This document shows, in pieces, positions 48,777 to 57,231 of a stretch of 64,000 nucleotides of DNA; position 1 is the stretch's first letter, and each line of letters starts with the position of its first letter. The position numbers were made by a program, and so were the translations under genes. The notes beneath the pieces are model-generated. The model was not told the origin of the DNA and did not search any database. It saw nothing but the letters and a program-made list of their open reading frames with translations. Source of the DNA: Bacteroidia bacterium (GTDB lineage: Bacteria > Bacteroidota > Bacteroidia > B-17B0 > Aurantibacillaceae); the NCBI GenBank assembly GCA_039811645.1, contig JBDHZB010000006.1, positions 1,293-65,292 of the forward strand, in the 5' to 3' direction.

Positions 48777-50201
48777 TTAAAATCTAAAATATATAAATGG
48801 ATTGAACCCAAATGCCGTGATAGAACTTATACAAAGAATTAAAAGGATAACAGATATTGTTAGCATGGCAAAGTGTTTCTTTATAGTGTAATTTATAAAA
48901 TATAATGAATCTTGGATTTTTTGACCTTTATTGAAATATACAAAAAAAGAAAAAATAATAGCTATAATGAAAAATGTATAAAATTCCGAATCGAACGATG
49001 ATGAACTATGGAAGTTAAAAGCAAATAATTTTTTTAAAAACGTAAACGCATCTGCTACCTTATCTACCCTAAAAAAAACCCAACCAATTACAACAATAAA
49101 AAATGTAATTATGGTGCTTGGTAATTTTCCAATTCTTTCATATACTTTATGTAAAAAGCCTCTTTCTAAAACTAAAAACAAGCCGTGATAGGCTCCCCAT
49201 ATTATAAAACTCCATGAAGCACCATGCCACAAACCAGATACTAAGAATACCAGCCAAAGGTTGAAATACAACCTTCTCTTGGTAGCAACCTTGTTTCCTC
49301 CTAAAGGAATATATAAATAATTTTTCATCCATGCGCCGAGTGAAATATGCCAACGCCGCCAAAATTCAGTAATGCTTTTTGAAACATAAGGGTTATTGAA
49401 ATTTTCGGGAAAATTAAATCCAATCATTTTAGCGATGCCGATTGCCATATCAGAATAGCCGGAGAAATCAAAATAAATTTGAAAGGTATAAGCTAATATA
49501 CCAATCCAAGCTGTATATGTATCAAGTTCGGAATAGTTCGTAGAAAAAACAGTATCTGCTTGTAACCCCATGTGATTGGCAATAAGAACCTTTTTTGCAA
49601 GCCCGATTATAAAACGGTAAAATCCAATTAACCTATTATCAATAGTATCATTCTGTGTTCGGTCGGCAATCTGATCTGCTATGTCATGATAACGGATTAT
49701 GGGACCTGCAATTAATTTAGGGAACAAAATAATATAAAGTTGATAATCCCAAAAACTATCTAAAGGTTTATGAACCCGTCTATATACATCAACAACGTAT
49801 GTAATGGTTTCAAAAGTATAAAATGATATTCCTATGGGTAATATAAGTTTTGTCCAATGAATACCTGAAATTCCAAAAATTGATAAAATATCATTTATAT
49901 TTTCAACAAAAAAATTAGAATATTTGAAATAAAACAATAACCCTAAATTTATTGAAACCGATAACACAAGGATTAAACGGCGTTGTATAGCCGATTGTAT
50001 TTTAGACATCCATTTAACCAAATGAAAATCAAGAAAAGTAGTAGTAAGGATTACAAAAATAAATTTTGGAGCTCCCCAACTATAAAAGAAAATGCTAAAC
50101 AATAGTATTACTATATTCTTATATTTCTTATCTGCAAAGTAATAAGTAATTAAGAATAATGGAAAGAAGTACAATAGAAAAATAATACTACTGAAAACCA
50201 T
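48777..50201 (-). CDS. MBOAT-family membrane O-acyltransferase (AlgI/DltB/PatA-like), copy 1
   Basis: MVFSSIIF N-terminus, FWRRWHISLGAW and GLWHGASW (conserved His) motifs; 474 aa. Confidence 0.9.
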   Translation of the reverse strand: MVFSSIIFLLYFFPLFLITYYFADKKYKNIVILLFSIFFYSWGAPKFIFVILTTTFLDFHLVKWMSKIQSAIQRRLILVLSVSINLGLLFYFKYSNFFVENINDILSIFGISGIHWTKLILPIGISFYTFETITYVVDVYRRVHKPLDSFWDYQLYIILFPKLIAGPIIRYHDIADQIADRTQNDTIDNRLIGFYRFIIGLAKKVLIANHMGLQADTVFSTNYSELDTYTAWIGILAYTFQIYFDFSGYSDMAIGIAKMIGFNFPENFNNPYVSKSITEFWRRWHISLGAWMKNYLYIPLGGNKVATKRRLYFNLWLVFLVSGLWHGASWSFIIWGAYHGLFLVLERGFLHKVYERIGKLPSTIITFFIVVIGWVFFRVDKVADAFTFLKKLFAFNFHSSSSFDSEFYTFFIIAIIFSFFVYFNKGQKIQDSLYFINYTIKKHFAMLTISVILLILCISSITAFGFNPFIYFRF

Positions 50202-50307
50202 AACGTTTCAATTTATGTGGCACAAGATAATAAAAAGTGGAAGTCTTTTTTGTTATACCACTCTTTCTTACTGAAGAATGATTTTTTGAAGATTAACATT
50301 ATTATTT

Positions 50308-50369
50308 ATAGCTCAAAAATGAGTTGGCAAAAGTAACATTTTATTTATGTTTAACGAAATAGAAGATTG
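50308..50369. repeat. Direct repeat copy B (duplicate of the alaS promoter/leader), includes TACTTTTG at 50328-50335
   Basis: Identical to 47198-47259. In the adjacent 50295-50307, the alaS ATG GAT AAT AAT has decayed to ATA AAT AAT AAT. Confidence 0.9.
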
Positions 50370-50374
50370 GTTAG

Positions 50375-50827
50375 TTATTGCCCGGAGCGAATTATTTTGT
50401 TTTTATTAATAACCATTGCCGAATTATCATGAATATCAAAAGCCCAAACATCTGTATCAAAAATTTTTGGTAAATATCTCTGATACAACTTCATTCTGGC
50501 ACCTTGTTTGCTTTTAGACTCTGTGTCTTTTTCCATTGCATAGAACTCATACTTGTTTACATTGGGATGGTTAGCAATATAGTGCTTTACAATTTCTACA
50601 ATAGTATTCATTACTTTATAAATCTCGCCTTTATTAACAATAGGGTATTCATCATTTTGGTATTCGTCATTTTTAACCCCAAATACAATAATTACATGAA
50701 AGATATTATCTTTTTTTCGTCCAAAACAAACTTCATATAAAAGTCCTGAATCTGTTTGAAAATTATATTCTCCATAACTATTTAATAATGGATATTTTAT
50801 GGCATATATCTTTAATTCGTTGTTCAT
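50375..50827 (-). CDS. Hypothetical 150-aa cytoplasmic protein, no family recognised
   Basis: ORF starts 5 nt after the galE stop. No signal peptide or TM segment. Confidence 0.55.
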   Translation of the reverse strand: MNNELKIYAIKYPLLNSYGEYNFQTDSGLLYEVCFGRKKDNIFHVIIVFGVKNDEYQNDEYPIVNKGEIYKVMNTIVEIVKHYIANHPNVNKYEFYAMEKDTESKSKQGARMKLYQRYLPKIFDTDVWAFDIHDNSAMVINKNKIIRSGQ

Positions 50828-50832
50828 TACAA

Positions 50833-51879
50833 CTAAATCAAGTTATTTTTATAATGCTTTTTTCCCCAGTTCCATGCGCTTAACAGCATTTCTTCTGCAG
50901 AATATTTTGGTTTCCAATTAATTTCTTTAAATGCTTTATCGTTGTTGGCAAAAATAGCTTCTACATCTCCAAATCTGCGTGGTGCAAGTTCATAATTTAT
51001 TTTTTGCCGTGTTACTTTTTCAAAAGTTTTAATAATCTCTAAAACAGTATAACCTTTGCCTGTTCCTAAGTTCAAAACATCATAGTAAGCATTATCTTTT
51101 ATCATCAGCATTTTTTTGAGCGCCAATACATGCGCATAAGCAATATCAGAAACATGAATATAATCTCGTACACCGGAGCCATCTTTTGTGTTGTAATCAT
51201 TGCCAAATACTTTAAAAGATGTTGATAGTCCTAATGCATTTTTAATAAGATTAGGGGCAAGTCCTGTAAGGTTCTGCTTTGGCAGCTCTCCAATTAAGCC
51301 CGATTGGTGTGCGCCAACAGGATTGAAATATCTTAGCGATAAACAATGCAGCGGTAGGTTTGCAATTTTAACCAAAGATTCTAAAATATTTTCTCCCATC
51401 TGTTTTGTGTGTGCATAAGGAGATGATGGAAATGATAGTGGCGTTTCTTCTGTTACGGGAGATATTTTAATATCACCATACACCGAGCATGATGATGAAA
51501 AAATAAAATTTTTAATTTTTTGATTGGTTGCAAATTCTGCTATGTTTAATAACGATTGTATGTTATTATGGTAGTACTTAAAAGGCTGCTCTACGCTTTC
51601 AGGAACAGATTTAAATGCTGCAAAATGAATAATGCCCGCAATGTTATTTTTATAAGGCTCAAGTGCTGAAAAAAGTTTTTGTTTGTCGCAAATATCAACT
51701 TCAATAATAGTAACCTTTTTATTTGTAATACTGTATATATTCTGATAAGTATCTGCATAAGAATTTGAAAGATTATCTATAGATATAACTTCAAAGTTGG
51801 TATTTTGTTGAATTTCTATAATAGTGTGGCTGCCAATATATCCTGCGCCTCCGGTAACAATAATATATTTTTGTTCCAT
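50833..51879 (-). CDS. galE: UDP-glucose 4-epimerase
   Basis: VTGGAGYIGSH Rossmann motif, catalytic SSSCSVYG / YAHTK (S...YxxxK). Confidence 0.9.
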   Translation of the reverse strand: MEQKYIIVTGGAGYIGSHTIIEIQQNTNFEVISIDNLSNSYADTYQNIYSITNKKVTIIEVDICDKQKLFSALEPYKNNIAGIIHFAAFKSVPESVEQPFKYYHNNIQSLLNIAEFATNQKIKNFIFSSSCSVYGDIKISPVTEETPLSFPSSPYAHTKQMGENILESLVKIANLPLHCLSLRYFNPVGAHQSGLIGELPKQNLTGLAPNLIKNALGLSTSFKVFGNDYNTKDGSGVRDYIHVSDIAYAHVLALKKMLMIKDNAYYDVLNLGTGKGYTVLEIIKTFEKVTRQKINYELAPRRFGDVEAIFANNDKAFKEINWKPKYSAEEMLLSAWNWGKKHYKNNLI

Positions 51880-51887
51880 TTAATAAT

Positions 51888-53993
51888 CTATTTTACCTGA
51901 TTTAAAACTTTTGTAGATTCAAATAAATATGCATCTTTTTCAAGTGCTTTTATCCAGCGGTTCTCTCGCCCTATTTTTGTTGTATCGTCATTAAATTTAA
52001 CCTTGTCTTCATTGGGTGTAGTTACTGTAAAATTATTAAACTTGTGCTTTGCTGCTTCAAATTCTTTATTGGTTTTTCTAATTTTATTCTGATATTCAAA
52101 AAATTTATCTTTTTGTAAATTGATTTTTGTATTCATTTTTCTTTGTCTGTATTCATTGGCTTGTTTTTCTACCACTACAAAAGCACTATTGGCTTTAATT
52201 GATGCTACCATATTCTTTTTTATTTTTTCATAATCTATGTTATTAAAGGCAACATAGTTTGTTGGTGTAATTTTATCAAATGGCATCGGGTAATCTAAAT
52301 CTTTTTCGCCAATATCATCTATAAACTGATAGGCATTTGGCAATTTGATATCCGGCTCTACGCCTTTTAATTGCGTAGCATCACCATTTATTCTATAAAA
52401 TTTTTGCATGGTAATTTTTACGGAACCAACGGGTTTTATTGTATCAAACTGAGGCAACAAATATCCGTCTAAATCTACAAAAGATTGTACCGTTCCTTTT
52501 CCATAAGAATTAGTGCCTATAATCACAGCCCTCTTATAATCCTGCAAAGCTGCCGAAACAATTTCAGAAGCGCTGGCACTTCCATAATTTATCATAACTG
52601 CCAAAGGTCCACTCCATGTAATATCAGGATTTTTATCTTTATAAACGCTAATGTAATTCATTTTAGAGCGTACTTGTACCACCGGTCCTTCTGCTATAAA
52701 CAATCCTGCCATATCAATTGCCTCTTGTAAAGAACCGCCGCCATTATCTCTTAAATCTAAAATAATACCTTTAATGTTATATTTTTTAAGTTTCTCAATT
52801 TCATTTTTTACATCTTGACTACAATGATGTGCTCCATTGCGAGTAAAGTCTGTATAAAACGCCGGTAAATAAATGTATCCGTATAATTGTTTGTCTTGCT
52901 CCACAATAAAGGATTTTGCATAGGTTTCTTCCATTTCAACAATACCGCGAACAATCGGAATCACTTTTGTGCTGCCATCGGGTTTTTTTACGGTTAAGCG
53001 TACTTCTGTTCCTTTTGGACCTTTTATCAGTTCTATGGCATCATCTATATCCATATCCGTAACATCTACAGCTTCCTTCTCTCCTTGTGCTACTTTAATA
53101 ATTTCATCACCTGCTTTTAATTCGCCTTGTTTGTAGCTTGGGCTTCCTACAATTACTTCCATTACCTTAATGATTCCGTCTTTTTGTTGTAATCGCGCTC
53201 CTATTCCTTCAAACTGCCCGCTCATTGTTTGGTCAAATTTCTTTTTATCTTTTGGAGGGAAATACTCGGTATGGGGGTCGTAAACATTTGCAATGGTATT
53301 GAAATATGCTGCTACTCTTTCTTTATAAGTTATTTTTTTTAGTCTTTTAAACCAATCGTTATTTGATTTTAAAACTTTTTGACGGGCTTTTATTTCAAGT
53401 GAGTCAAAAGATGATTTTTTGAACGAAGAATCTTTTTCCATTTTCTTTTTCTCATCTTCCATCATTTCGTCTATTTTAAGCAATACTTGGTACTTCAGCA
53501 TTTTTTTCCATTCTTCTTTCAGTTCATTAATATTGGCTGAAAACTTTGCCTTTTCCATGTCGCTTTCATAAATATCCTCTTTTGTATAATCAAATGGTTG
53601 TGCTAAAAATTCTTTATACCATTCTTCTTTTTCATTAATTCTGGTGTTAAGTATTTTAATGCTTTCATCAAAAAACTTTGTGCTATTTTCTTTTAGTTGG
53701 TCATCTAATTGATGTTTGTACATTGATAATTGATCTATATCGCTTTTAATTAGAAATTTCTTACCATAATCCATTCTTTTAACATATAAATTAAAAACTT
53801 TTTCAGAAAAAGAATCATCTAATTTTGGCGGATCATAGTGATTTTGATTAATACTGTTAAATACCAATTCCATGATTACTTGATACTTCCCTGATATGTA
53901 TACAAATGAACTTAGGGCTACAACAAGAATAACTATTGCTGATATAATTGTTATTTTTCTATTTACTTTGACTCTCTCAAATGAATAACGCAT
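51888..53993 (-). CDS. Carboxy-terminal processing peptidase (S41 family, Tsp/Prc-like) with PDZ domain
   Basis: PDZ region (GIGARLQQKDGIIKVMEVIVGSPSYKQGELKAGDEI) and S41 catalytic region GSASASEIV ... GKGTVQ. Confidence 0.88.
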   Translation of the reverse strand: MRYSFERVKVNRKITIISAIVILVVALSSFVYISGKYQVIMELVFNSINQNHYDPPKLDDSFSEKVFNLYVKRMDYGKKFLIKSDIDQLSMYKHQLDDQLKENSTKFFDESIKILNTRINEKEEWYKEFLAQPFDYTKEDIYESDMEKAKFSANINELKEEWKKMLKYQVLLKIDEMMEDEKKKMEKDSSFKKSSFDSLEIKARQKVLKSNNDWFKRLKKITYKERVAAYFNTIANVYDPHTEYFPPKDKKKFDQTMSGQFEGIGARLQQKDGIIKVMEVIVGSPSYKQGELKAGDEIIKVAQGEKEAVDVTDMDIDDAIELIKGPKGTEVRLTVKKPDGSTKVIPIVRGIVEMEETYAKSFIVEQDKQLYGYIYLPAFYTDFTRNGAHHCSQDVKNEIEKLKKYNIKGIILDLRDNGGGSLQEAIDMAGLFIAEGPVVQVRSKMNYISVYKDKNPDITWSGPLAVMINYGSASASEIVSAALQDYKRAVIIGTNSYGKGTVQSFVDLDGYLLPQFDTIKPVGSVKITMQKFYRINGDATQLKGVEPDIKLPNAYQFIDDIGEKDLDYPMPFDKITPTNYVAFNNIDYEKIKKNMVASIKANSAFVVVEKQANEYRQRKMNTKINLQKDKFFEYQNKIRKTNKEFEAAKHKFNNFTVTTPNEDKVKFNDDTTKIGRENRWIKALEKDAYLFESTKVLNQVK

Positions 53994-54180
53994 TATTTAT
54001 AATTTGGCTTAAAGATATGTAAAATTCAATGAGCCTTCATTCTGAAATTGCTTAAAAAATGTAAATATTTGACATCAATTAGATAGAAACTTTTAAGTAT
54101 AGCCAACTTATATTTTGTATTGTTTTGCATCAAGTAACTTGGAATAAGTTATATTTACGACATTAAAAATTTCAAACCGA

Positions 54181-55551
54181 TTGTTATTTAATTCTATTAT
54201 ATTTATTGTATTTCTGATATTTGTATTTACTATTTATTGGGCACTTCCGAGTAAATACAGAAATTATTTTCTTTTACTCTCATCTTTATATTTTTATGCA
54301 TGCTTTAATTGGTGGTATTTATTTTTGTTAATCATTACTTCTGCCGTTGATTTTTATGCTGTAAGAATGATGTTGAAAATTCCTGACAAAAAAAAGTTAT
54401 TCTTATGGGTAAGTATTGGTTCTAATTTATTAGTACTAAGTTTATTTAAATATGGAGCATTTTTTCTGAATCTCTTTCCTGATAATCAAATTCAATATAC
54501 GTGGGTAATACCTGTAGGATTATCGTTTTATACTTTTCAATCAATGGGTTATGTAATTGATGTTTATCGCAATAAATATCTACCAAAAGACAGTATTTAT
54601 GAGTTCTTATTATATGTTTCTTTCTTTCCACACATGGTTGCCGGGCCGGTGGTGCGATATTATTCATTAATGCCTCAATTAAAGCTACAAACATTTTTCA
54701 AAAATATTCCGTGGCAAGCCGCCATTAAGCTTTGTATTTGGGGATACTTCAAAAAAATGGTTATTGCAGATAATCTTGATTTAATTGTTTCACCTGCATT
54801 TCAACACATTCAAGAATTAAATGCCATAGAAACAATTATAGCCGGGTTTATGTTTGCCGTGCAAGTATATTGTGATTTTAGTGGCTATTCCGATATTGCA
54901 ACGGGCATTGCAAAATTTTTTAATATTAATTTATCACTGAATTGGCTGCGACCGCTATTATCTAAGTCGTTAAAAGAATTTTGGCAAAGAAATCATATCA
55001 GTGTAACAACGTGGTTTAGAGACTATTTATATATATCAATGGGCGGGAATAGGGTAAGTACACAAAGATGGGTAATTAATATTTTTCTAACTTTTGTTAT
55101 AAGTGGTTTTTGGCATGGTGCTAATTGGACATTTATTATTTGGGGAGCCATGCATGGAATTATTTTTTTAATAGAGCATTTTTATTTAGAAAAATTTACA
55201 TGGTTTTTAAAATACTTTGGGAGAATTTATTTATTACTCTTTCATAGTATTTCACTATTAGCATTCAGATGTCAAAGTGGCTCTGACTTAAAAAATGCAT
55301 TTTCCAATATTATATTCAAATGGCAAGTATCATTAGCACATATTATTGCGTTCAAGGACCATATCTATTGGTTCTTTGCATGGATGTTTATTATTTTTAT
55401 CTTTATGAAAGAAGTTACAGAAGAGTATTCTTTTAAATATCTTGAGCCTGCCAAAACAAGGTTCAGAGAAGCTTTTTATATTCTTCTTGTTATTTTGATA
55501 TTTATTTTAGGAAACTTTCATGCTCAGCCATTTATTTATTTTCAATTTTAA
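54181..55551 (+). CDS. MBOAT-family membrane O-acyltransferase, copy 2 (TTG start)
   Basis: Canonical MBOAT N-terminus (M)LFNSIIF read from a TTG. FWQRNHISVTTW and GFWHGANW motifs; 456 aa. Confidence 0.85.
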   Translation: MLFNSIIFIVFLIFVFTIYWALPSKYRNYFLLLSSLYFYACFNWWYLFLLIITSAVDFYAVRMMLKIPDKKKLFLWVSIGSNLLVLSLFKYGAFFLNLFPDNQIQYTWVIPVGLSFYTFQSMGYVIDVYRNKYLPKDSIYEFLLYVSFFPHMVAGPVVRYYSLMPQLKLQTFFKNIPWQAAIKLCIWGYFKKMVIADNLDLIVSPAFQHIQELNAIETIIAGFMFAVQVYCDFSGYSDIATGIAKFFNINLSLNWLRPLLSKSLKEFWQRNHISVTTWFRDYLYISMGGNRVSTQRWVINIFLTFVISGFWHGANWTFIIWGAMHGIIFLIEHFYLEKFTWFLKYFGRIYLLLFHSISLLAFRCQSGSDLKNAFSNIIFKWQVSLAHIIAFKDHIYWFFAWMFIIFIFMKEVTEEYSFKYLEPAKTRFREAFYILLVILIFILGNFHAQPFIYFQF

Positions 55552-55573
55552 GTATTTAATAAAATTGTTTTAA

Positions 55574-55581
55574 TACCTTTG
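55574..55581 (+). promoter_or_regulatory. -7 promoter box TACCTTTG upstream of smpB
   Basis: Exact TAnnTTTG match, 7 nt upstream of the smpB ATG. This implies a leaderless or nearly leaderless mRNA. Confidence 0.45.
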
Positions 55582-55588
55582 CCCTACT

Positions 55589-56047
55589 ATGAGTTCAAAA
55601 GAACCCAATATATCTATTTTGAATAAACGAGCATCGTTTGAATATCAATTTATTGAAAAATATGATGCCGGAATTGTACTTACAGGAACTGAAGTAAAAT
55701 CTATACGATTAGGAAAAATAAATATTACAGATGCTTACTGCTTTATTAAGAATAACGAGGTTTTTATTAAGAATATGCACATCTCTCCTTACGAACAAGC
55801 CGGAAAATTTAATCACGATCCTTTACGTGAACGAAAATTATTGCTTACAAAACACGAAATAAATAAATTAAAACGATCTGTAAAAGAAGATGGATTAACT
55901 ATAGTACCCATAAAACTTTATATCAACAGTAAAGGATTAGCCAAAATACAAATTGCACTTGCAAAGGGTAAAAAATTATATGACAAGCGAGAAAGTATCA
56001 AAAAGAAAGATGTGGAAAGAGAATTACAAAGAAAATTTAAAAATTAA
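55589..56047 (+). CDS. smpB: SsrA-binding protein
   Basis: NKRASFEYQFIEKYDAGIVLTGTEVKS, RERKLLL and a basic C-terminal tail; 152 aa. Confidence 0.95.
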   Translation: MSSKEPNISILNKRASFEYQFIEKYDAGIVLTGTEVKSIRLGKINITDAYCFIKNNEVFIKNMHISPYEQAGKFNHDPLRERKLLLTKHEINKLKRSVKEDGLTIVPIKLYINSKGLAKIQIALAKGKKLYDKRESIKKKDVERELQRKFKN

Positions 56048-56055
56048 AAATTTGT

Positions 56056-57231
56056 ATGGCTATTCAAAAAGTTGAAAGAAATATAGCAATCGTGGGAAGT
56101 ACCGGAAGTATTGGAAGGCAAGCTCTTGAAGTTATAAAAGAAAGTAAAGATTTAAAAGCAGAAGTACTTATAGCAAATAATAATGTAGATTTACTGATAG
56201 AACAAGCGATAGCTTTTGAGCCGAATGCAGTAGTAATTGTAGATAAAACTCATTATACTAAATTAAAAAATGCGCTCTCCGGCCATCAAATCAAAGTGTT
56301 CGCAGGAGAAGAATCTGCCAAGCAGGTAATAGAATGGGAAAGTGTAAATATGGTATTAGCCTCTGCTGTTGGATTTGCAGGGCTTTCAACAACAATACAT
56401 GCTATTAAAAATAAAAAACCCGTTGCACTTGCCAACAAGGAAAGCTTGGTTGTTGCCGGTAGCATTATTAATAATTTACTAAAAGAACACGCCGTTCCAT
56501 TATTACCTGTTGACTCTGAACATTCTGCTATTTTTCAATGTTTACAGGGAGAATATCACCAAAGTATTGAGAAAATTATTCTTACCGCATCAGGAGGACC
56601 ATTCAGAGGGTACAATAAAAACCAATTAGAAAATGTAACAATTCAAGATGCCTTGAATCACCCTAATTGGAAAATGGGAAATAAAATTACAATTGACTCT
56701 GCAACTCTTATGAACAAAGGACTGGAAGTAATTGAAGCAAAGTGGCTGTTTGATGTAGCTCCCGAAAAAATAGAAGTAGTTGTACATCCGCAAAGCATTA
56801 TTCATAGTATGGTACAATTTAAAGACGGCAGCATCAAGGCTCAGATGGGCTTGCCCGATATGAAACTTCCTATTCAATATGCTTTTTATTATCCACACAG
56901 ATGTCAAAATAATTATCCAAGATTACAATTCGAAAAATATGCGTCCTTAACCTTTGAAGCGCCTGATGTAAACGCATTCCCTTGCTTATCATTGGCTTTT
57001 AGTTGTATTAAAAAGGGAGGAAATTACCCATGTGCGCTTAATGCTGCCAATGAATATGCAGTAAAATATTTTTTAGAAAGAAAAATAAAATTTTATCAAA
57101 TACCGATGGTAATTGAAAAAACATTAGAAAAAATTTTATTTATTTCACAGCCAACATTAAATGATTTATATATAACACATCAACAAGCCATTGACATCAC
57201 TAATGAAGTTATATCAGAAAAAATATATTAA
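56056..57231 (+). CDS. dxr: 1-deoxy-D-xylulose-5-phosphate reductoisomerase
   Basis: IVGSTGSIG, LANKESLV, PVDSEHSAIFQCL, ASGGPFR, NHPNWKMG. Confidence 0.96.
   Translation: MAIQKVERNIAIVGSTGSIGRQALEVIKESKDLKAEVLIANNNVDLLIEQAIAFEPNAVVIVDKTHYTKLKNALSGHQIKVFAGEESAKQVIEWESVNMVLASAVGFAGLSTTIHAIKNKKPVALANKESLVVAGSIINNLLKEHAVPLLPVDSEHSAIFQCLQGEYHQSIEKIILTASGGPFRGYNKNQLENVTIQDALNHPNWKMGNKITIDSATLMNKGLEVIEAKWLFDVAPEKIEVVVHPQSIIHSMVQFKDGSIKAQMGLPDMKLPIQYAFYYPHRCQNNYPRLQFEKYASLTFEAPDVNAFPCLSLAFSCIKKGGNYPCALNAANEYAVKYFLERKIKFYQIPMVIEKTLEKILFISQPTLNDLYITHQQAIDITNEVISEKIY

Noticed and set aside
50213-50299. 28-codon upstream ORF (MLIFKKSFFSKKEWYNKKDFHFLLSCAT) in the 126-nt leader between repeat copy B and the MBOAT ATG
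   Set aside because: An open frame of this length is expected fairly often by chance even in AT-rich DNA. It has no supporting signal, so I mention it only as something ribosome profiling could test.
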